Assembly (NCBI GenBank): GCA_028534125.1
Contig: CM052848.1
Coordinates: forward strand, 9,052,001 to 9,116,000
Direction: 5' to 3'
DNA from: Lama glama
Lineage: Eukaryota
DNA: 64,000 bases
Of this stretch, positions 12,846 through 64,000 are shown in pieces. A program made the translations under genes and the position numbers. The notes beneath the pieces are model-generated. The model saw nothing but the letters and a program-made list of their open reading frames with translations, searched no databases and was not told the origin of the DNA. Position 1 is the stretch's first letter; each line of letters opens with the position of its first letter.

Positions 12846-14885
12846 CACAAGAAAAGTATTTCGACTTTGAACAAAACCAAATAAAACGAACAAGCAAAGA
12901 TCAGAAGATGCTTCTCCATCAAAATCATCGACGCCCAAGCAAACAAAACCCACTGTCCCAACACACCCTACTGATGAAACAGAAGACCCTCGAGCAGTGG
13001 TGCGCTCTGACCATCCCCAAAGGACCGGCTTCACGTTTTCTTGGAAACTTGGCTCACCGAGTGTTGAGTCAGTGCTGCTGAATCTCATTCAGCCAGAGGC
13101 CACCTGTGTGTTTCCGTGCATCTCCCAGGTAAGCACGTCACGTGGACACCACAACAAGGCCTGCGACTTACAGGTGGGCAAGGCCAGACAAGCACCCCAG
13201 GAATGCACGGTGGACCCGAGGACCATCGCTTTATGTGAGAGCCTGAACATTTCATCAGAAATCAGCAAGAATGAATAGACCTAAGCCTCAGTCCTCAAAA
13301 AAAATTTTTTTTAAAATTAGACTTCAATGAGATTGGGAATTTCGGCAACAATTATTAAAAGGAACGTTAGAAGCACTTCAGTTGGAGAAACGGAAAAAAG
13401 AATTACTGTTAATATTTCCAAATGCTTGAAGGGCAAAGCCGAATGCAATTTCCACATACTCTTCCCTTGTTCATTTCAATTACTTTCAAATCACCGAAGT
13501 TGTTCAATCATTTGTACAGCTCCGAATCAATGCTTAGAGCTAGGGAATTACAGCAGTCTTATTTCCCACCTACGGATCAGGCTGACAAAAAGATTAACAT
13601 TACAACCAAACTAATGAGACCTTCCGTATCTGTTCCAAATGCTTTGTGTTACCATCACTTCAAAAAATAGGTTATTCCACCCATCACATCACCTGTCTTA
13701 CTCAGGCCACCTTGGGGCAACTCTGCCAAGTAAGAGGCCTCAAGGTCACAATTTTTGTTTTTAAAGTGTGGCAAGGTATATCTTCATTTTCCAGGAGTTT
13801 TTCTTTTTTTTTTACTAACATTTTTATATCCCAATATATTTAACAAGAAGACTAAATCTAGGGTATGACAAGAGACAACAAAAGAAATACATTTCAGACA
13901 AAAATTGTAAACAAGATGTCAAAAAACTAAAATGTAAACTTAATTAAAAAAAGAGAAAATAAAGAATCACGGGCGAGATGTAAACACGACAGACGCACCG
14001 GGAGTCAGCACGACGGTCTGCTCGTTGCTACCCCAGACCGAACTTCCATCCTTGCAGGATTAACTCACTCTTCTGAGCAAGCAGCTTGCTAATTACAGCC
14101 TGAAACGGATCCCCCAGATCAAACTGCATTAAAGGCCCGCAGAGGCACCTTCTGCACAGAGCCGGAGGATGAGACAGAATCGTGATAGCAAAGAGTTCTC
14201 GGCCTGATGAGCAACAGATACAGATTCCCAGTGAAGGGACATCCCAGCTAACATCCTAATTTGGCCAAGAGAATTTGTAAGGAAGCTATCACGGAGAGGA
14301 AAGACTTGACAAATGCCCTGTGGCTCTCCGGCCCCCGTGTCACAGTGGCAGGAGAGGGAACTCATGCTGGGTGGGCTCCCCAAACGTGCAGAAGATTCCA
14401 ATTCCTAACACCCCCAAACATTAAAGCTGTTGCTGCTTTCATGGTGGCTAATTCTCTAAGACGCTGAGGTTTCACTAAATCTCAGTGCCATTTGCATACT
14501 ATTTTGGGGGGAGAGGGCAGGGCCAGGCAGGCCGGTGGGAGTTGATGCATTTGCTTGTGAGACGTTTAGTGGATAGTAAAGTTGGATCGGGGGCACTGGT
14601 ACCAGACGAAAGGCAGGGTGTTTGGTAACATGCAATCTAGTAAACGTCCAGCACAAAAATAACTGACTTATTTTCATTATTCAATTACCCATTAATACAC
14701 ACAATCAAAAAAAATAATTGGGGAATAGTAACATTAATACTGAAAGTAACCAATAGTATAAGAACTACGTTCATCTTAACTGGCAGTCAAGCTTTTGGTG
14801 TGCCGCATTGCACCTGGTTAACTAACCCATGAGATTTTGGTTGAATGTTCTAAGAAGTCATGGTTTAGCTTTGAACTAGAAAATT

Positions 14886-14947
14886 GTGCGTGTGTGTGTG
14901 TGTGTGTGTGTCTGCGATTTTGTGTGCGTGTACGTGTGTAGGTGTGT
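14886..14947 (+). repeat. (TG)n microsatellite in the 3'UTR; an opposite-sense (CA)n-like tract lies at 15039-15090
   Basis: Read directly from the sequence. Confidence 0.9.
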
Positions 14948-15243
14948 TTTCTCTCATCAGAAAGGTCAGATCATTCTGTCCAGCCTGGGATTATGGAAAC
15001 TAGACAAAGAAAATGTGTTCTAAAGAGCTGTGTACCTTACACACAGACACAGGCAGCTTCCTAGACACGCACACACACAAACACACACGCCCTGGGAAAA
15101 AGACCATTGTTCGATGCTGAGAAAATATTCACCGCAGTTTGACAAGCGCTGTGGCTGTGGCCAGGGATTTCAGTAGCACAGTGTCCAGAAATGTGGAGCA
15201 GTCCGCGAAGACAAGAGCACCCTCCGGCTCTGGGGCGAGGTCC

Positions 15244-59540
<44,297 letters not shown>

Positions 59541-62371
59541 CTGCCAGCCCGCGAGGCCCCGGGAAGGAAAGGGGAGGAGAGCCAAGTGAGCAAACACGGA
59601 CACACCACGACCGAGCTGTCGTTCAGCCGAGGGAGAGGAGGCAGCACGCAGCCTGCATGGCTGTCAGCTCACCTGGACCTCGCAGAGCCATCGCCAAGGT
59701 CAAAGCAGCCCAATGGTTAAGAAAAAGTACACAGATAAATACAGCTGGAGGGAAAGTGGGTGCCACTCGGGCACCAGTTTTTTGTGTGACCGTTTGAGAA
59801 GGGACGGTGGGGTGATTTCAGAAGGCCTGTTTCTACTTTGTGGCTGTTTCTGAGGCTGGCTTTTCAAGAGCATCCCCGATTCCAATCATCTACCCAAACG
59901 AAAGGAAATCCAAAATGCCTGAAACATTTTGTGGAGAATGAAATGGTCCATTTGCTTTGCTTTAGGAAGTGGGCCACGAGGAAGTGCACACTGTCCTGCT
60001 CTGTGCTTTCACAGCCTGCTGGAAGGTTCCAGAAACCACGGGACCCACAGTTAGGCTTGCTTCCCACCTCTTCTTGCCCTTAGAGTTGAATGCTGTCATC
60101 TTTACAGGCCAGCTTCTGCATAAACAGTCATTTTCATTTGAGCTCTTTATTAAAGAACTGAAGCTCCATCACTCACACATTTTTTAATACATTCTAGACT
60201 TTAACATTCAACCCCAGTACACTGGCTTCTAGCAATACCATTCCAAATTATACTTGAGGTTCACATCCATGCTGAAACTTGCCAGAAAGTTACGCAGTCC
60301 AATACTATACGCAAAGAGAACAGGAAAAATGGGACACGTCTAAGGGCAATTAACTCACCCTAAAAATCCAAACAATACACATCCGCCCAAAACAGTGAGC
60401 CAAAAAGAAAGTTTCAGTACTCACGTCCTAGTCAACATCTTCCAAGTCCTTCATTAATTGCACTGAAACACACCTGACTCTGTTCTTTGGCGATCAAACT
60501 CGAAACCCAGAAAATGCACCGATCGCCTTTTTTTTTAACGTCGAGTCAGCAGGTCCCGGCTGGCCCCTTCCCGTTGTGACCACTGCTTCAACAGGACTGG
60601 ATACAAGTGAAGGCCAGGGGCCGGGGGAGAACTTATGGTCTCAAGTGCAAAGCAGCCAGGACAAGGTAAAGGACCCTTTTCACCCGCCCCTTCAATCTTT
60701 GACAAATGCTTTGCCCAAGGACAGAGCCTCATAAATCCTCAGTGTGGGGGCGGGGGGGGGTGTTGGTTACAACTCATTGGAACCTGGCTTCTCCCAGAAG
60801 AATGATAAGACAAGAAGCTATCTTGCAGGGTATACCTGAAAATAAAAGCACCTTTTTGAACTGCAAGTTTAGGGAAAAATAGGGTTGGAACATAACCTTC
60901 CCTAGTGGTTTTGATTTCTTCCGCCAATGTCACGGTCCATCCCTACTGTCTGACAAACGTCCTCAACGTCAGACAACACCTGCACCTTTATGCCTGGCCG
61001 GCGCTGTGACGGCTCCCTTTCCAGCCTGCTGTTTCCTCTGGTGTTGAGTGGGGAACTCTGGATCCTTAGACGGGCTGGGAAGGGAAGGTCAGGGATCCAA
61101 GAGTTGTAATATTTCTCTCGTCCCTTATGAACTAAAGTCCATCTTTTCCTATTGGCTGAGTGGAAATTATCAATGGAGTCATTTTAAAAAAAGGGGGGGC
61201 TATCAGATTCCGACTGAACATGAACATCTGGGATCTAGGTTACTTGTTTGTCAGCACGGCCTCCAAACACGGGGAAAATTCCAACAAACAAACGAAAACA
61301 CACCAAAACCCAAACAAACACAAACCAAAACGCCCCCAAAACGCCAAACAACACATGGTGGAGGAAAGTCTCCCAGGCACGCTCTGGAATGACATTTGCT
61401 GAAGACTGGGAAATTCAGATAAATAAAGAGCATTTTGATTGGTTTTATACGACGGTCAAAGGCTTTGATCACCAAGCGGTACATTCTCCGGCTTTAATTC
61501 AAACAGCAGAGGACACGGGTTGCAGGGGCTGCGTGCACCTGGGGGCTGTGTTTGCAGCAGAAGCTGCGACGTGCGCGGAGCTCCCCGGGGCTTGCGCGAC
61601 AAAGTGGTGGTCTTCTGAAAAGTGGCACTTTCATTTCGGGGAAAATGTCCATTAAACAGTGCCCGAGCTGCCTTCCTTCCATGATGGCTGTCCTACAGGG
61701 ACAGACACACCAGCCCAAGGAGACAGGATCTCTGACCTGATTGGCAGGAAAGCCTCATACTTTTATGTTTTCCTTCCTTAAATTAGGAAATTCACTTCAG
61801 ATGACAGTTTTACTGGCGTAACTATTATTTGTTTTTGAAACGGTTGAGAGAGCCAAGAATTTTAGGTTTTTTTTTTCACGCTCTGCTTTTAAGGGCCGTG
61901 TGGCTCTTGGTGACTCTGGGGCCAGGACGGAACCCATTCGCATTTCAATGGTCCAAGTAGAGACGAGACCGTGTCCCGGGAAACAATCCATGTCCAGGAT
62001 GGGGGACAGGCTGGCCTGAAGGGCTCTGGTGGCTCCAGTTGTGGGATGGAGTTAACCACCCCTCCCTCCACAAAGCCTGCTCCATTAACTACCCTTCTTA
62101 TGGGTCTTTGGGGGACAGCTGGTCATTCCGGGCTCAGCATGATAACCACTCTTGCCGTGTGTGTGGGCAGGTGCTTTGGCTCAGCAGCTCGGGTGGCAGA
62201 GTAAAGAAGCCGGGATACTTGTCCCTTGCAGAAGCACCAAGCGCAGAATGGGCTCAGTTAAGCCAGGCTCTCTGGAATCATGGAATCAAGAAGATGGAAA
62301 AAAACACACTGGACAGACCTCCCTGGAAGAAGACTTTACTCTATGTATTTAAAACTGCAAACTGAAAAAGG

Positions 62372-62462
62372 TTTTTTTTCTTTTTTAATGGAGGGACTGG
62401 AGATGGACCCCCAGGACTTCGTGCATGCTAAGCACATGCCCTACCACAGAGCTACACCCATC
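62372..62462 (-). mobile_element. tRNA-Ala-derived SINE (camelid Vic-1-like)
   Basis: ccaggacttcgtgcatgctaagcacatgccctaccacagagctacaccc. Confidence 0.82.
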
Positions 62463-64000
62463 TTTCTGAAAATTTTATTTAGTGTGCCAACCAGCTGTCA
62501 TGTTTCCATACCGAAGACATTAACACTTTTTGAAACTTAATTTAACAAGTAACTTTTTATTTTCTGAAATGATAACAAGAATTGATTGACGTGATGAGAC
62601 AGCACTGGACAATTTTAAGGAACAGTTCCTGTACCCTCTCTCATTTCAGCAACATGGTGCCACCAAGTCTGTGAACATGAAAATGTGACTGAGATCATGG
62701 AATGAAAGTCTCTGTGTCCCCAAACTTAGCACCGTGCCTGGGACATAATAGGTGTTCACATGAAAAAATGAAAAAAATCCATAGAAGAAAAATCTATCAC
62801 TCGGTTAATGAGTTGAAGAAAAAAAGATTTAACCTTTCAAAAAGGTTACAATTTCTCTTTTCTATTGAAAAAAACCCTTAAGGGATTTCAGCACCTCTTG
62901 GACTTTTCCAATTTCAACACCTCTTCCTTTCAGAGGCTCGGTCTTTAAACGTGCTCTGCATTTCATCTGCTATATAATTTAAGCCCAGTTCTCTCTTGGA
63001 TGGCTTATTTACTTTTTGTGTCATGATTTGATTTTGTGAAATATTTTGCTGATTTTGTGAGTGGTTGAGGCCAAATACACTTTTGAGAGAGACCCAGCTT
63101 TATTCTAAATGAGCTGTTTGCTCTGTGCCTTCCTTTGGCTGCAGTGATGTGTGCTTTTCCGAACCTGGCCTGGGTTGAGTTTGAATACAGACAGTAAAAG
63201 AGAAGATCTGGAACCAAAATGACAAATCCTGGATCTCACAGTCACGGGTGCTCCTGCCAAGTGTACTGTGGGGCCTGGATACATGTCCAAAGTTGTCCAC
63301 AAGCTCTGAGCTAACAAGGAACTTGGAGGCAGGCTCTGTGCCTGGTTGGCACTGTGTGGACGGCCATGATGCCCAGCACAGGGCCTCTGCATCCTGCAGG
63401 CTGAATCCATTGGGATGGACCAAATAACATTTTAGAAGAAGTTACAGCTCTTTCTCACTCAGCACTCTGTATGAACTCAACAAAATGCTTGACTTCTAAA
63501 CCATAATTGGTGCCCTGGCAATGGTATTCTCTGATTGATGGCATCTTCATTGCTATTCATTGATCTCAAACTATAACCACGTTATGAGACGTGAAAATGG
63601 ACAAGCTGGCCCAAGGAGGTTCACTGTTGCTGGAATTATCTTCCAAAATACAAAACTGATAGGATGGTGGGTCTTGTACTAAAATCTTTTGTGTGCTCTG
63701 TAATACCTCCAGGAACACCTCTTCCATCCAGCATGGCTTTTGAAGCTCCCCATGGTCTGGCCTCAGTCAGCCCTCCAGTGATACCTCAATGGTTCTTTCC
63801 CTAAAGCTCGGCCATAATAAACATCTCATCGTTTGGACAATCTAGGTGCCTCTGCACATGTTATTTTCTGTGCCAGAAAGCCCTTCCTTCTCCTAGTTAC
63901 CTCCAACTTGCTCTCCGGGACTGAGACGCAACCTGTTCTGTAAAGTGTTTCTCAATGCCCCCAGGCACAACTGATGTTTTCCCCTGAGCCCCTTAGCACA

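Larger units (their letters stand above)
10440..15243 (-). other. AFF3: AFF3 3'UTR (about 4.8 kb; the 3' end is inferred)
   Basis: Follows the stop codon; AU-rich and largely repeat-poor with many miRNA seed matches; ends near a GATAAA hexamer followed by a GU/U-rich tract. Confidence 0.65.

Noticed and set aside
59541-64000. A further upstream AFF3 exon
   Set aside because: I found no AFF3-like peptide with matching splice sites; the region appears intronic.

Overview
This is mammalian genomic DNA, not prokaryotic. Nine copies of a tRNA-Ala-like SINE suggest a camelid (alpaca, vicuna or camel); this is an inference. The window holds the 3' part of AFF3 (LAF4, AF4/FMR2 family scaffold of the super elongation complex) on the minus strand. 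Twelve coding exons run from 59540 down to the TAG stop at 15244. All have GT-AG boundaries and matching phases, and they splice to 2506 nt (1 nt plus 835 codons including the stop). They encode the Ser-rich region, the AF9/ENL-binding motif [14 protein letters not shown], a basic NLS-like motif and the C-terminal homology domain. A long 3'UTR follows, with candidate non-canonical poly(A) sites near 10.45 kb and 7.46 kb and clustered miRNA seed matches. Introns and flank contain L1, L2, MIR, hAT and LTR-like relics, microsatellites and five N-gaps, all in or adjoining L1 sequence. I found no convincing new gene or novel multi-gene system. The best leads are a pure coding (GCC)9 polyalanine tract, an ~80-nt near-perfect intronic hairpin, a triple miR-30 site cluster, possible distal polyadenylation, inverted SINE pairs flanking exons, and nested or 5'-inverted transposon insertions. 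Repeat subfamily names and repeat boundaries are by eye and approximate.
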